From positions 1 through 64,000 of the IMG/VR virus record IMGVR_UViG_3300047160_003234: a DNA stretch of 64,000 nucleotides, one strand, 5' to 3'. How positions within the stretch are numbered: the stretch's first letter is position 1; each line of letters opens with the position of its first letter. The notes under the pieces were generated by a model that ran no database searches, had not been told where the DNA came from, and was given only the letters and a program-made list of their open reading frames with translations. The stretch comes from a virus. The position numbers and the translations under genes were made by a program. This document shows, piece by piece, positions 45,201 to 53,720 of this stretch.

Positions 45201-46044
45201 GGCCCGGCGTCGAGGTGGTCGAGATGCCGCCCTGCGGAGCGCCCAGCCCCTCGATCGCGTTAGTCAGAAAACCCGTCGTCTGGAAGGGGTAGGCCTGACC
45301 CTGTTGGTATTGTTGCTGGAGGTAGGTGTCGATCGCCTGCTGCTCGCCCTGCGGGATCATGCCCGCCTGAATGTCCGCCTGCGCCCCTTGCAGGCCCGCG
45401 CCCTGCGCTCCCGTCCCGAGCATGCCCATCTGGGCGCCCATGCCCCCAAGGGCGGCGCGGTTCGCCTGCCCCGCCCCGAGGTCGACGCCCTGCTGCTGCT
45501 GCCACGTCGCCAGAGCATTATTGAAATTCGCCTGATTGAGCTGCGCGATCGTCGGGGCTTCCGCGAGGTTCTGCTGGTTCGCAAGGACCGCCTGCCCGAT
45601 GCCAGCCCGGTCGCCGCCGAAGGCGCCCGAGGAGATGTTAGCGGAGTTTAAGAACTGGGCCTGCTGCTGGTTTTGGTTGTTCATCTCCGCTTGAGTCGTG
45701 TTCACGACGTCCTGCGTGAATGGGTTCATGAACGGGTCAAGCGAACTTTGCCCTTGAAATTGCTGTGGATTGACCGGCGCCGCGCCCTGCTGGGTGTAGT
45801 TCTGCGCGGTCGAGTACCAAGGCTGGGCGCTCTGCCCGTACTGGCTGATCTGCCCGAGCCCGGCCAGCGTCTGGCTTGCGAGAGGCGCGACGCCCTCGCC
45901 CTGATAGGGTTGCCACGGCGTGTTGGCGGTATTCGCGGCGCGCGCGATGCCCGCGTTATAGTTGGCGAGAACGCTGGGGGGCGGCGACGATTGCGACGTC
46001 ACCGTCTGAGGCTGGGTCGATGACCCGCCGCCACTGCAACACAT
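39265..46044 (-). CDS. 2259-aa internal virion/ejection protein with S74-like chaperone and lytic transglycosylase-like domains
   Basis: Q-rich N-terminus with GAFGGDR; SDVRTKENI...IGLLAQE...LDYG; ASRLGIDP...VRIES...GPLQL. Confidence 0.8.
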   Translation of the reverse strand: MCCSGGGSSTQPQTVTSQSSPPPSVLANYNAGIARAANTANTPWQPYQGEGVAPLASQTLAGLGQISQYGQSAQPWYSTAQNYTQQGAAPVNPQQFQGQSSLDPFMNPFTQDVVNTTQAEMNNQNQQQAQFLNSANISSGAFGGDRAGIGQAVLANQQNLAEAPTIAQLNQANFNNALATWQQQQGVDLGAGQANRAALGGMGAQMGMLGTGAQGAGLQGAQADIQAGMIPQGEQQAIDTYLQQQYQQGQAYPFQTTGFLTNAIEGLGAPQGGISTTSTPGPNAGAQTLGYGLSGLGLLGNFLSAPSSSVAGGIGSALMSALPFSDVRTKENIEPIGQTYDGQTIHRFNYRGDPRIQIGLLAQETEGRHPEAVHPSGLGDLKKLDYGAATDEAAGRGHFQMGGAPAPMPNPGVVPGGMALAGNAARMQPPSANRFQLPQNPAQMAMRNLGVGTAAVGMSPYARYASMMTPTGGLEAGTTPTPGRAAFGGRIGFFNGGDASGDGEGGDGEGGDSSGFGLSGASVSAVGPTSFGHVGGIGSDAAATGDEGGPASTATAQAPGPSGNSGWGFGGLGGFVGTANAAEGPSATSAPGTPGGPPGGFTGQANKSTLRAGGTGDYGAPVTLNSQGESAALAALQNKTLANLGPAAFYGLPFASAPTFGQVMGGLGPGSTIGTTIGTTRGTPQGLPGYFGNKGATPGTLGDVPGGQVATSPTNPFGPLALDPSIEAQFGQPNSLVSPRAAAQAPSPATGPTAVAGPMGIASFFGVSPESLGNVPTAPNTNVETAMLMGRDLPSTAAPYVGHGGHAHGGRIGRATGGYLSEPYVDPSIINAIENPDTPASTSPANALFQAYTGAAGAGGTGGSSGVGGFGTTLAQSGNLPGAGQTFDPTYGMSPPALRTIDWQNPINDPQTSAAEASLKGLFGSGQAETGTSTMPGGQAASAFPAPAPAPAPAPAASPAPASGGGLGALGGGNRMDPWDVMNMITFGLFPGNLPGSPTAGRAEGGTVMRRPGYQGGGAPFTTVNYMGGPAYTALDLSRLFGGGGGQAPAPVEHPAVTMARRIMRQRHGVGPHARSQFQPTGPMDPEIMARSQPTATGPMDPEARARFQPPVTTVPDYGDFSPDFASPGEGRFRSAPGMGPQEPLIDTDLSPVRPEAGLFAGGGYVRPGFQDGGTPMLDDPRFSYYTPMSGNARAAAYHPPVSPQGPPVPLEHPAARHVPMPPRRPAPPMPTARPMPRAEAPVRYDPLSSAIPGTPVDTAPAAGPLPRPMGKWRITNQAGEPVDPDTLRPGLRPGFGPWGARDPSGLPATAYQNPTTGQPEYLDALPNASRAPSSFGLGTLLRMTPAGRALTTARGLLQSTPAETGELPPEYWPHHGVINLGDDTSGLGAWEGEGGALAPDYRSPYSQTDIDALMHGDQGPMARGGRIGRASGGVLGQAPLTGAMNSTSVGGDGGSMPSSWGQNTPSFASLFGDRHGFQGGGAPQDPYGNLGILGAAIESSMPPSHDKPTFPANHQQQQDPSQQIGSPEYNAKQLQNIQNNMTKARTVASNQPVSVAGDATYGDLANAIGADVIPNASLDFGTLSEADLVNAGLFARGGAARRPFAEGGAPPADVTPDTPLTDAPRPGPHSEVGASAVANAMTPQNVEGWTRSEASRLGIDPDVASNFVRIESNYGRAYSGDDRTSFGPLQLHYTGQGAMGDQFTHETGLDARDPSTWRDQITYGLGKAAAGGWGPWQTTMNKLGYNRWTGIGGGSEGSKIADMPVAGGQETQANFMLPGRGQQQQPQQTGPQTDWPGTLMAMGAGILASRSPWKGVAIGEGMQAGVNYMQKSRELSNQFNLNQAQINNLSSEARLRDAELPFQVENLDLAMEQAKMNLQLKRAVLQQQGLLPGVAAASPVAKEAAGVTAGAPPTTSPAQGGQGAPMPASGAPSGPSAPSAPAGGVSPAATATAPGGAGTGATAPGDAAFNAAYADLERQFQRTYALEVAGISQPGIATSIRSQMMEALKSGTIMTPNGIVMSPSLIRQQAGAEQAKRGAGAYGEAAQKDMSEEEGDVAEKLPQLQTAYERLNDAQALLKGLNSGPGTEALANAQAVAQRLGIPWGDPARVFEAAKIASAESFDVVRTMKGQVRNMELQGAGRQVPGPDMPEAANMYLIDRLRAGIKQELDYSNAFLKWRDNEGAGALTPNRFRAEWHEAHPYSTYINPDLTAGRPKGVSAGTIPTQPTNLPAGSQYSPSRNQWRDPSGKLYDASGKPI

Positions 46045-46047
46045 GGC

Positions 46048-46674
46048 TTATTCCGCCGCAGTTGCGGGCGACGCGCGGTCGGCGCCCTGACGCTCCATCT
46101 CTGGCCGATAAAGGAAAAAGCCGCCAACCCACGGCAGCATTCGCCTGTAAAGTTTCATCTTAGCTTCAGTCCGCTTGTCGGTCGAGACGCCGACAAAGAG
46201 GGGAAGCTTGGTTTCTCGCGACAGCTTCTTGGCGTAGGCGATCAGGTCTTTGGCGTAGGTCGACCGGCGCGCGTCAGGCCGAACGTAATTGACGAATTCC
46301 ATCAACACGAACTGCTCAGAGTACCAGACCGGCTCCATGAGCAGGAACAGGATCGCCTTGAGATTGTGGGGCTCGCCGATGACGGCGATGATCCCGCGCT
46401 CGCGCGTGATCGCCAGCCTAACCAATGCCGCCACCTTCGGCATCGAGATCGGATAGAATCCGATTTCGGCGTGCGCCATCTGGCACAGCTCAAGGACGCC
46501 GATCTCGTCGCGGGCGTCGGCGAGGCGCGGCTGGACGAACGGTTGCCACTCCCGCATGCCGTGAAAGCGGGAGAACGGCTCCTTGGGCTTGAGCGGCGGA
46601 TCATCCGAAGGCGGCGGGGAAGGCCGCGGCGGGGGCGGCGCAGGCTCGCCTCTGATGGGATCGCCGTTGGTCAT
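46048..46674 (-). CDS. GNAT-fold (acetyltransferase-like) protein
   Basis: PRLAD..D, PVWYS...E...YVRPDARRST.AKDLI..AK, KLYRR. Confidence 0.65.
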   Translation of the reverse strand: MTNGDPIRGEPAPPPPRPSPPPSDDPPLKPKEPFSRFHGMREWQPFVQPRLADARDEIGVLELCQMAHAEIGFYPISMPKVAALVRLAITRERGIIAVIGEPHNLKAILFLLMEPVWYSEQFVLMEFVNYVRPDARRSTYAKDLIAYAKKLSRETKLPLFVGVSTDKRTEAKMKLYRRMLPWVGGFFLYRPEMERQGADRASPATAAE

Positions 46675-47207
46675 GATGCTCTCGCAAATTCGCCAAAGAC
46701 GGCTTGCATCGCTGTCTTATAGGCGGCGTGAGCTTTGGCGGGGTCTTCAAAAACACCGAGCGAGACCTTCTTACCATCGATTCCAATGCGAGCACGCCAC
46801 TTATTTCCATGGCGGGTCACACCTTTGAAGCCGCTAGTATTATTGCGATATTCACCCTTGTTCTGATTGTTTCTTGTTCTGCTAGCAAGGCGCAAATTGT
46901 CCCAGCGGTTGTTGGTATTGTTGCCATCCCGATGGTCAATCTCGTTGGGAGGTGGCTTACCGTTCATTATTTGCCACACTATCCGCGATAATACAAAGTG
47001 TTGTTTGTTTATAATGATATAATGTCCAGACCTTCCGATAGGCGTTGTTGTACCAGCGCGCTTACCCGCATATTTTGCGTTCCATGCGAGTGCAACTCTT
47101 GTACTGATAAAATCTTCCACTGGGCGTGTCTGCCACGTCAAATTGCCGGTATCTGGGCTATACTCCAGCATGCGCCGCAGTGTTTCTGTGTCAATATGTG
47201 GCATCAC
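46671..47207 (-). CDS. HNH-AP2 homing endonuclease
   Basis: IDHRDGNNTNNRWDNLR; NNTSGFKGV...WRARI...LGVF. Confidence 0.92.
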   Translation of the reverse strand: MMPHIDTETLRRMLEYSPDTGNLTWQTRPVEDFISTRVALAWNAKYAGKRAGTTTPIGRSGHYIIINKQHFVLSRIVWQIMNGKPPPNEIDHRDGNNTNNRWDNLRLASRTRNNQNKGEYRNNTSGFKGVTRHGNKWRARIGIDGKKVSLGVFEDPAKAHAAYKTAMQAVFGEFARAS

Positions 47208-47923
47208 TTTGCGGGACCGGGAAGATTTTTAATTGTGTTCGCAGTTTCCTTTTTAAGAGATAAAACCCAAGAATCCAAGGCTCGGTGACCACGGTCGATA
47301 TCCCCGTTGCCAATTTGAGCAACTATTCGAGGACTAATCACATACTCCCCGCCGCTGGCGTTGATCGGAACCGGGCGGCCCGTGCCTTCTGTCGCCGCCC
47401 CGCCATGAGCTTCGCGGCCCAAGGCCGGGTTCTCGGCGCTCATGCCGGGGATCAGCATCGGCCGCTTCACGGCGAACGAAAGGGATGGCGGTTGCGGAAT
47501 GCCAACGCCCCCTTTCGTCCGCATGCTCGGGGCTTGCGCTCCCCAAGGCAACGTCGGTCTCTGGCCCTGCCACGGCTGGCCGAACATCTCGTGGAGAAGA
47601 TCGAACCCGGCGGCGGTGTTGCCCTCGCCCATCGACGAGACGAGCCAAGCCGGGAGAACGTAGGAGCCGTCATGGACATGCGTCGGCTCGACATCGGCTC
47701 GGCCGGGACTTGCAGTCGCGATAGCCCCCTCGTGCGGAGCCATAGGGCTGTCGACAATCCCGCCGCCCTGAAAGCGCGGGCGCATCATCGGCCTCACGTT
47801 GACGGCGGGGTGGATCTTCGGCGCGGCGCCAGCCTTCAGCATTGTCGGCATGCGCGGGGGCCTTGAGGCGCGGAGCAGTCTTCCGATCTGGATCGAGGAC
47901 GGGCCGGGATTGAACGCTGGCAT
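47204..47923 (-). CDS. Virion-associated protein with two copies of a small G(S/E)YV domain
   Basis: PGRADVEPTHVHDGSYVLPAWLVSSMGEGN and PVPINASGGEYVISPRIVAQIGNGD. Confidence 0.7.
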   Translation of the reverse strand: MPAFNPGPSSIQIGRLLRASRPPRMPTMLKAGAAPKIHPAVNVRPMMRPRFQGGGIVDSPMAPHEGAIATASPGRADVEPTHVHDGSYVLPAWLVSSMGEGNTAAGFDLLHEMFGQPWQGQRPTLPWGAQAPSMRTKGGVGIPQPPSLSFAVKRPMLIPGMSAENPALGREAHGGAATEGTGRPVPINASGGEYVISPRIVAQIGNGDIDRGHRALDSWVLSLKKETANTIKNLPGPAK

Positions 47924-47990
47924 TAGCGAATCCTCCGCGCGGTGTAATTCTGGCCAACAGTGGGCGAGTTGGGAAAGTCGATGGCGGCCA

Positions 47991-48593
47991 TCAGCGCACC
48001 CTCCGCGCCGAGAGTAGGCCGCCCATCGTGCCGGTTCCTGTTGTAAAAGTGCTGAGGCCTTGCAGCCACACAGTCGTGTTTGTCGTCACATTGAAACGAG
48101 TAGATTGAATGGAGAGATTGATAGCGGACATGCCGCTGCCACTAATATTCACGCTGCCGCCAAAAGTCTGACCGCTAGTCGTTGGCGCAGACGTTGTGCT
48201 TAAAGCAAGGTAAACGCTGGATTGGCCGGTTTGCGCGTTGGTCCAGCCATTAGCGCGAACGTCCCAATCTCCCGGCGTTAGCACAATCGAGCAAATGTTG
48301 ATCCAAGTGCCTGTCGGAGAGGATACGCCGCTGCTTGTCGCCTGGATATATTCCCCGACTTGCCCAGCCGCTGCGTTCGAACCGTCAGTGACGCCAATAA
48401 TCGGTTTAGGCCAAGCAGATTGGCTGGCGGCAAAGGTCAAAGGCCCGGTCAGCGTGCCTCCAGAGATCGGCAGAAACGCGCCGCCAGTCCCGGTGAGCGC
48501 ATTCAAATTTTGCGCGATGACGCCGAGCTGCTGGTTCATTAACTGAAGGGTGGTGATCAGGGTCTGGAGATCGCCGCCCGCAGGCAAGGCCAT
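47991..48593 (-). CDS. Short fibre/needle-like structural protein
   Basis: N-terminal coiled coil, FLPISGGTLTGPL, GVTDGSNAAAGQVGEY...LTPGDWDV...ARRVR. Confidence 0.7.
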   Translation of the reverse strand: MALPAGGDLQTLITTLQLMNQQLGVIAQNLNALTGTGGAFLPISGGTLTGPLTFAASQSAWPKPIIGVTDGSNAAAGQVGEYIQATSSGVSSPTGTWINICSIVLTPGDWDVRANGWTNAQTGQSSVYLALSTTSAPTTSGQTFGGSVNISGSGMSAINLSIQSTRFNVTTNTTVWLQGLSTFTTGTGTMGGLLSARRVR

Positions 48594-48611
48594 GGTCTGA
48601 CACCTCCCCGG

Positions 48612-51005
48612 TCAGGAGCTTGCGCGCCCGTCCGCCGAGAACCGGAATTTCACCCCGCCCAGTCTCACGAAACTGCCGAGGTCATTACCAGATATCTGGG
48701 CGCTGAAGAAGCGCCCCCTCGCCCGGGTCGCGAACGCCGTCGTGTCGTCATTCACGATGTAAGGCCCAATCCAAACGCCGGAAGCGGGATCGTCGTCGGG
48801 CGTGTCCTGCACGATGAGCCAGATCGTCACCTGTGCGCTGGTCGACGGCGGGTCTTGCCAGCGTTTCCAAGTAAAGTCGGGGACCACCATATCGGCAAAG
48901 ACGAATTCTTCGCCTTCGGCGAGCTGGAAGTAGGCTGTCCGCATCATCCAGTTGATCGGCTGACCGTTGGCGTCGTTGGTCATCTCGTGCATGAAGATCC
49001 ACGAGTTCGACCCTGTCGCGTCGGGCATCGCGCTTATGGGATGGCCGAAGACGTTGTTGTCGTACCATTCGGTGACGGGCAAAAAGCCGTAATCCCACTC
49101 GCCCTCGACCACGTTGAACTTGACGTACATGTCGTTTTCGCCCGAGGTCGAGGCCGACGACGGGAAGTACCACGCCACCTCGTCGAAGCCGGAATTGGCG
49201 GCCCCGCGGATGTGGGCGTAATAGGCGCCGTTGTTGGAGTTGTTGAGATTTTTTATGATCACGTCCCAGATGTCGCAGGGGACTCTCTGCGCCACGTTCC
49301 CGGCGTAGACCCAAAAGCCGTCGCGGCTCATCCAGAAGACCTGTGGGCCATAGACGGCGAAGGCCTTCTTGCCGAGGAGCCCGCAGCCTTGGCTGATCTC
49401 AAAAAACCCGTAGACGTCGGGATAGCCGATGTACTGCATCAGCCACAGGCCGACGTCGGTCCATAAGAGGCCCTGCTGCGGGCCCTGAATCCCGCCGACG
49501 ATTTTCGATCCTCGCGTCAGGCGGTAGCTTCCGGCTTGGTTCGACGCCGAGGCGATCCATGAATTGTAATTGGCGTTGTCGCACCATCTGACGAGCATCG
49601 GATCTTGAATCCCGTTGACGCTCGCGCCGTAGGCGACGATCTGCTGCTGGGGCATCGAAACGAAGAAGCCGGTCGTCGCCACCGGCCCGTTGGCGATGAC
49701 GCTCGCCGACTGCAAGCCGGAGGTCGGGTCGTAGACGAAGATCGGCCCGTTCTGGGGGCTCATGAGCAGGGAATTGCCCCAGTTCCACATCGCCCAGTCA
49801 TCGAGCGGCGCCGCGCCGGGGACGACCGGGGAGCCGGTGACCGCGGGCGCTGGAGAGCCGGTGCCCCAGCCGCCGATGCCCCAGCCGTAGCCGATCGTAG
49901 CGACGGGAACCGAGAAGCCGCTGCCGGTGCCGCCGATCGAGGCTGCCGTCGCCGAAAGCGTATTGCCGATGGCGTAGCCCATCCCGAACGACACGAGGGC
50001 GACGGCGGTCACCCCGCCGCCAGACACGGTGATGTTGGCGGTCGCGCCGCTTCCGGTCCCGCCTGTCAGGGCGACATTGAGGTAAGTGCCGTTGGTGTAG
50101 AGCGTTCCCGGCGTGATCGCGCCGAGGGTGGCGATGTTGGTCGATCCACCACCGCCGCCCCACCCCAAGGTTCCGGCGACCGGCGCCACAGTAGGGTAGT
50201 AGGTGATCTGAGTGTGGCCGGGCGTCGTGACCGTGCCGGTGCCCTCGTAGATCCCGCTCTGTGTCGAGGACGCGAGGTTCGGCGCGATGATGGTGAAGGT
50301 GTTAGGGTCGATGACGGTCTGGACATTGTAGAGGCCGGAAAGCGTCACCCCGCCGACCGTGGTCGGGACGGCGATCGGCCATGCCGATCCGACCGAAAGC
50401 CCATGGCTCGGGCAATGGACGGTGACGATGAAGGTGCCGACAGTGATGTCATAGGTCGGCACCACGCCGCCATTGGCGACCGTCGACGTCGCGTTGGCGC
50501 CCGCGAGGACGGTGAACTGCGAGGGCGGATTGGCGGTGTTGACGGGATACATGCCGTAGAGCACGACCCCGCCGACGCAGACGTGGATCTGGATATTGAG
50601 GCCGGAGAAGGTGTTGAGGTTCGACGCGGCGTCGATGACGGTGACGACGTTCGAGCCGCTGGAGGTGGAGAAATTCACCACCGGCTGAGACAGGTTGTAA
50701 AGGGGCGTTACCTTGACGGGGCTGGCGGTGAAAGGCGGCGGCGCCGTGATGACCGGCGTCATGACGTAGGCGCCCTGCGTCGTGCCGATCCCGAGGTGGT
50801 TGGTAAAGTTGAGGTCGCCCCAAGGATGAAGCTCGCGGCAGATGCCGGGCGTGGAAAAACTCGAGAACCCCATCCACCCGCCGATCTTCTCCGGCAGGCC
50901 TTGCCTCCACCGGATCAAGTTCGACTGCCAGAGCGCAGCCTGAAGGAGAACCGGGGTCTGGACGGTCTTGACGCCCGGTTGGAGTTTGACGGTGGCAAAG
51001 GTCAT
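48612..51005 (-). CDS. Tail nozzle/hub protein (P22 gp10-like) with inserted domains
   Basis: IRWRQGLPEKIGGW, DPMLVRWCD, GLLWTD, VFWMS..GFWVY, EVAWYFPS, RARGR. Confidence 0.75.
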   Translation of the reverse strand: MTFATVKLQPGVKTVQTPVLLQAALWQSNLIRWRQGLPEKIGGWMGFSSFSTPGICRELHPWGDLNFTNHLGIGTTQGAYVMTPVITAPPPFTASPVKVTPLYNLSQPVVNFSTSSGSNVVTVIDAASNLNTFSGLNIQIHVCVGGVVLYGMYPVNTANPPSQFTVLAGANATSTVANGGVVPTYDITVGTFIVTVHCPSHGLSVGSAWPIAVPTTVGGVTLSGLYNVQTVIDPNTFTIIAPNLASSTQSGIYEGTGTVTTPGHTQITYYPTVAPVAGTLGWGGGGGSTNIATLGAITPGTLYTNGTYLNVALTGGTGSGATANITVSGGGVTAVALVSFGMGYAIGNTLSATAASIGGTGSGFSVPVATIGYGWGIGGWGTGSPAPAVTGSPVVPGAAPLDDWAMWNWGNSLLMSPQNGPIFVYDPTSGLQSASVIANGPVATTGFFVSMPQQQIVAYGASVNGIQDPMLVRWCDNANYNSWIASASNQAGSYRLTRGSKIVGGIQGPQQGLLWTDVGLWLMQYIGYPDVYGFFEISQGCGLLGKKAFAVYGPQVFWMSRDGFWVYAGNVAQRVPCDIWDVIIKNLNNSNNGAYYAHIRGAANSGFDEVAWYFPSSASTSGENDMYVKFNVVEGEWDYGFLPVTEWYDNNVFGHPISAMPDATGSNSWIFMHEMTNDANGQPINWMMRTAYFQLAEGEEFVFADMVVPDFTWKRWQDPPSTSAQVTIWLIVQDTPDDDPASGVWIGPYIVNDDTTAFATRARGRFFSAQISGNDLGSFVRLGGVKFRFSADGRASS

Positions 51006-51244
51006 CAGGCGAGCCGTCTTTTCAGGAGGTGGTTCACCTCCTTGCAAGTCTCTCTGACCGCCACGAACTTCCGGTCGACCTGATGGATGACGCAGTGGAC
51101 GCCGGGCGCAAAATGCCCGTGGTCGTGGGAGGGCGTGACCGCTGTGATATGGCGCGGCACGATGTGGACTTCCTCGCCATCGGAACGATGCAAGGTGATA
51201 AGCGTCACGAAAGCGACGACGATTCCTGCGCCACCAGCGATCAC
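51005..51244 (-). CDS. Small FlbD-like protein
   Basis: LITLHRSDG...I....I...CVI...FVAVRET..EV pattern; GTGA overlap. Confidence 0.45.
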   Translation of the reverse strand: MIAGGAGIVVAFVTLITLHRSDGEEVHIVPRHITAVTPSHDHGHFAPGVHCVIHQVDRKFVAVRETCKEVNHLLKRRLA

Positions 51245-52008
51245 GGCGGCCCTCCCGGCGTGCCCGGGGGCGTCGGCGGCGGCGTCGTCCTGCTCGTGAG
51301 CTGCCCCCACCCGTGAAACTTCTTCCGCGCCTCTTCGGTCTTCGCGCTCCCGAGGAGCGTCTGGAACTGGGCCTCCCACGACACCGCCATCCGCGGATCG
51401 TCGGACTGGGCGCCGAAATTCTTCATGAACCCGGCCGCGCTCACCATCGCCGCGGCGAGGAAGAGATCAGGGACGTTGAGGCTGAGCCACGTCGTCTGCG
51501 ACCCATCGTTCGGCGGGGCGTTGTAAAGCGGTACGGGGCGGAACTTGCCCACGACCTCGACCGTGTAGGCGAGATCGGGGAACGGTCCCCAGACGAAAGT
51601 CTGGTCGTCCTTCATCCCGAAGAACTGCGGCGGCCCGGTCACTGAGTTCGGCCCGTAAGTCGCCCTGATCCAGCTCCGCGACACGGGCCAGAGCTGCACC
51701 CGCTCGCCATTGTCGGGAACCGTCGCTGTCGACGGCAGAATCAGGTTGACGTCCTCGACGATGATGATCACCGGATTGAGAGCGGAGAAATTGAGCGTCG
51801 ACTGACCGGCGACAAGGGTCATCGTCCCGCTCGACGTCGCGTTCAAGAGGTCGAGTTCGCGGTAGCAGCGCTGCTCGGCGTAATCGACGATGGAGAAGAT
51901 CGCCGCGGCGAAATTGGGCTCAGTGATCGGCGGGGTCGTCGAGGCGGCGTTAGGGAGCGCCATCATCACCGCAAGCTCGGTCTGGAAGCCGTAATAGGAG
52001 AAGCTCAC
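51241..52008 (-). CDS. Head-tail adaptor/connector protein
   Basis: YAEQRCYRELD, G.PQFF...GPFPD.AY.V, TWLS...PDL. Confidence 0.7.
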   Translation of the reverse strand: MSFSYYGFQTELAVMMALPNAASTTPPITEPNFAAAIFSIVDYAEQRCYRELDLLNATSSGTMTLVAGQSTLNFSALNPVIIIVEDVNLILPSTATVPDNGERVQLWPVSRSWIRATYGPNSVTGPPQFFGMKDDQTFVWGPFPDLAYTVEVVGKFRPVPLYNAPPNDGSQTTWLSLNVPDLFLAAAMVSAAGFMKNFGAQSDDPRMAVSWEAQFQTLLGSAKTEEARKKFHGWGQLTSRTTPPPTPPGTPGGPP

Positions 52009-52430
52009 GGAGGAATGTCCATCGGCTGTGGAGCGCCGGGCGTCGTCGGGCCGCCCGCAAGAGGCCCGGGAATGCCGGAGATCGGATTGGTCGGCGGATC
52101 GACGAGCGGAGGCCGACCGCTAAAGAGTGGCTGCGCGAACTGCTGAGCGATGGTGGTCGTGGAGTATTCGCCGATGTAGGTCTCGGGCCGCGGATCGTAG
52201 ACCGGGGTCGGGTCAGGCGGCGTCATCCGCGCCTTGAGCTGCGGGTTGGGCCTGTCGCGGCAGTCAGGGTGGACGAGAAAGCGAAGATTGACGAGCTTCG
52301 TTCCCTGCCACTCGGATTCGTAGACGAGCTTGTGACGATTGTCCCAGATGCCGCAATGGTCGCAGACCGCAAACGCCCGTGGCGCTTCGGGATTGGTAAT
52401 TGCTCGACCTGAACGAGAGGCATAGCCCAT
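52005..52430 (-). CDS. Conserved phage Zn-binding protein
   Basis: AFAVCDHCG...LVHPDC.D.PNPQL...DP.PV..PRPE. Confidence 0.7.
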   Translation of the reverse strand: MGYASRSGRAITNPEAPRAFAVCDHCGIWDNRHKLVYESEWQGTKLVNLRFLVHPDCRDRPNPQLKARMTPPDPTPVYDPRPETYIGEYSTTTIAQQFAQPLFSGRPPLVDPPTNPISGIPGPLAGGPTTPGAPQPMDIPP

Positions 52431-52436
52431 TGGCCT

Positions 52437-52922
52437 TTATCCCCCGTTGGCAAATTCGCCGAAGCGCTCTTTGGCTGCTGCTAAGTACGCAGTATGAGCC
52501 TCTTCGGACGTATCAAAACGCCCAACGCTAATCGACGGTCCTATGCGCGATGCAATCCGAGCGCGCCATCTATTTCCATCTCGATGAACGCCCTTGAAGC
52601 CACTCGTGTTGTTGCGCTGCCTTTTTCGATTGGCGGCATTTTGCCGATCAGTGCTCTCTCTAAGATTTGACCAACGATTGTCATGCCGATGGCCGTTGAT
52701 ATGGTCGAGTTCTTTATCGGGCCAATTCCCGGTCATGTAGAGCCATGCAAGTCGATGAGCTTTGTAGCTTCTCCGCCCACACCGTATTTGCGCGTAACCA
52801 TCACGAGCAATGCACCCGGCCCGGCATCCAGCTTTAACCCAATTGGCAAAGTCTTTCCTCCAGTGAAACTCACCAGTTTCACAATCATATTCAAGAACGT
52901 CTCGCAGCTCGTCAAACGTCAT
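52437..52922 (-). CDS. HNH-AP2 homing endonuclease
   Basis: AHRLAWLYMTG...DHINGHRHDNRWSNLR; NNTSGFKGV. Confidence 0.92.
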   Translation of the reverse strand: MTFDELRDVLEYDCETGEFHWRKDFANWVKAGCRAGCIARDGYAQIRCGRRSYKAHRLAWLYMTGNWPDKELDHINGHRHDNRWSNLRESTDRQNAANRKRQRNNTSGFKGVHRDGNRWRARIASRIGPSISVGRFDTSEEAHTAYLAAAKERFGEFANGG

Positions 52923-52925
52923 TCA

Positions 52926-53630
52926 TCAATTCCTGTAATATCCCTCCACCATAGGCAGAAAATAAACACTGCCGTCCTCTACATCCTGATTCGCATAGTA
53001 CTGATACGCCAGATCGAAGTCAGTCTTCCTTTGTCCCTCCAGAGTCGGCGCGTAATGACGCGCCAATCGCCATGATAGACCAGCGCAGATCGCATCCAAA
53101 CCGCGATATGGCACCTCCCAGTTACCAGCGCCGCGCACGGCGGCGTCCTGCGCTTGCCGAAAATACCACATATGAAGATTATACACCATGTTAGGCACAG
53201 GCCATAACGTAATCGTGGGAGCAATAAGGCGATCAAACCACCACGATGTTGGTCGTCCCTGTTTTGACTTGACAGGTTGCATCGTAAACTCCTGTCTAGT
53301 CATAGGCGTAATCGTCAACTCCGTTTCGCTTCCATCTGCATTTATTGTCCCTATCGTCACATTTAGCAAGGTTATTACATTCTGAGGAACGGAATATGTC
53401 GCTTGTCCTACTATTGTCGGGACAACAGTATTGCTCACAGTCCAGAGCGTTGGCCCCCGATTCCCAAATTCCACCTGTAGCAGGTTCGCCTCCATGAGGG
53501 CCATGTGCATGTGCTCGGCCGCGACCATAGGCCCGCGGATTTGTATGCGCGAAAGGGCGTTCAAGACGCACTCGCCGACGCTGGGACCGAAGACGAAGGT
53601 CTCGGTGGTGTTTTGGGGATAGCCGCTCAT
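52926..53630 (-). CDS. Head-tail adaptor (gatekeeper-like) protein
   Basis: NRG..LWTV, GQATY, K..QGRP..WWFDR...ITLWPVP. Confidence 0.7.
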   Translation of the reverse strand: MSGYPQNTTETFVFGPSVGECVLNALSRIQIRGPMVAAEHMHMALMEANLLQVEFGNRGPTLWTVSNTVVPTIVGQATYSVPQNVITLLNVTIGTINADGSETELTITPMTRQEFTMQPVKSKQGRPTSWWFDRLIAPTITLWPVPNMVYNLHMWYFRQAQDAAVRGAGNWEVPYRGLDAICAGLSWRLARHYAPTLEGQRKTDFDLAYQYYANQDVEDGSVYFLPMVEGYYRN

Positions 53631-53633
53631 CGA

Positions 53634-53720
53634 TCAAGGCCAGACGACATGCCCAAGAACGAACCCCACCACGAGAGCGATCACGGCGACCATCAGAATA
53701 TGGACGTAGGTATAGGTCAT
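53634..53720 (-). CDS. 28-aa single-TM peptide
   Basis: ATGA overlap; MTYTYVHILMVAVIALVVGFVLGHVVWP. Confidence 0.5.
   Translation of the reverse strand: MTYTYVHILMVAVIALVVGFVLGHVVWP

Noticed and set aside
49605-51083. 492-aa plus-strand ORF and similar long antisense ORFs (20646, 22846, 25367, 35090, 42391, 44233)
   Set aside because: Shadows of high-GC genes on the opposite strand with no recognisable motifs
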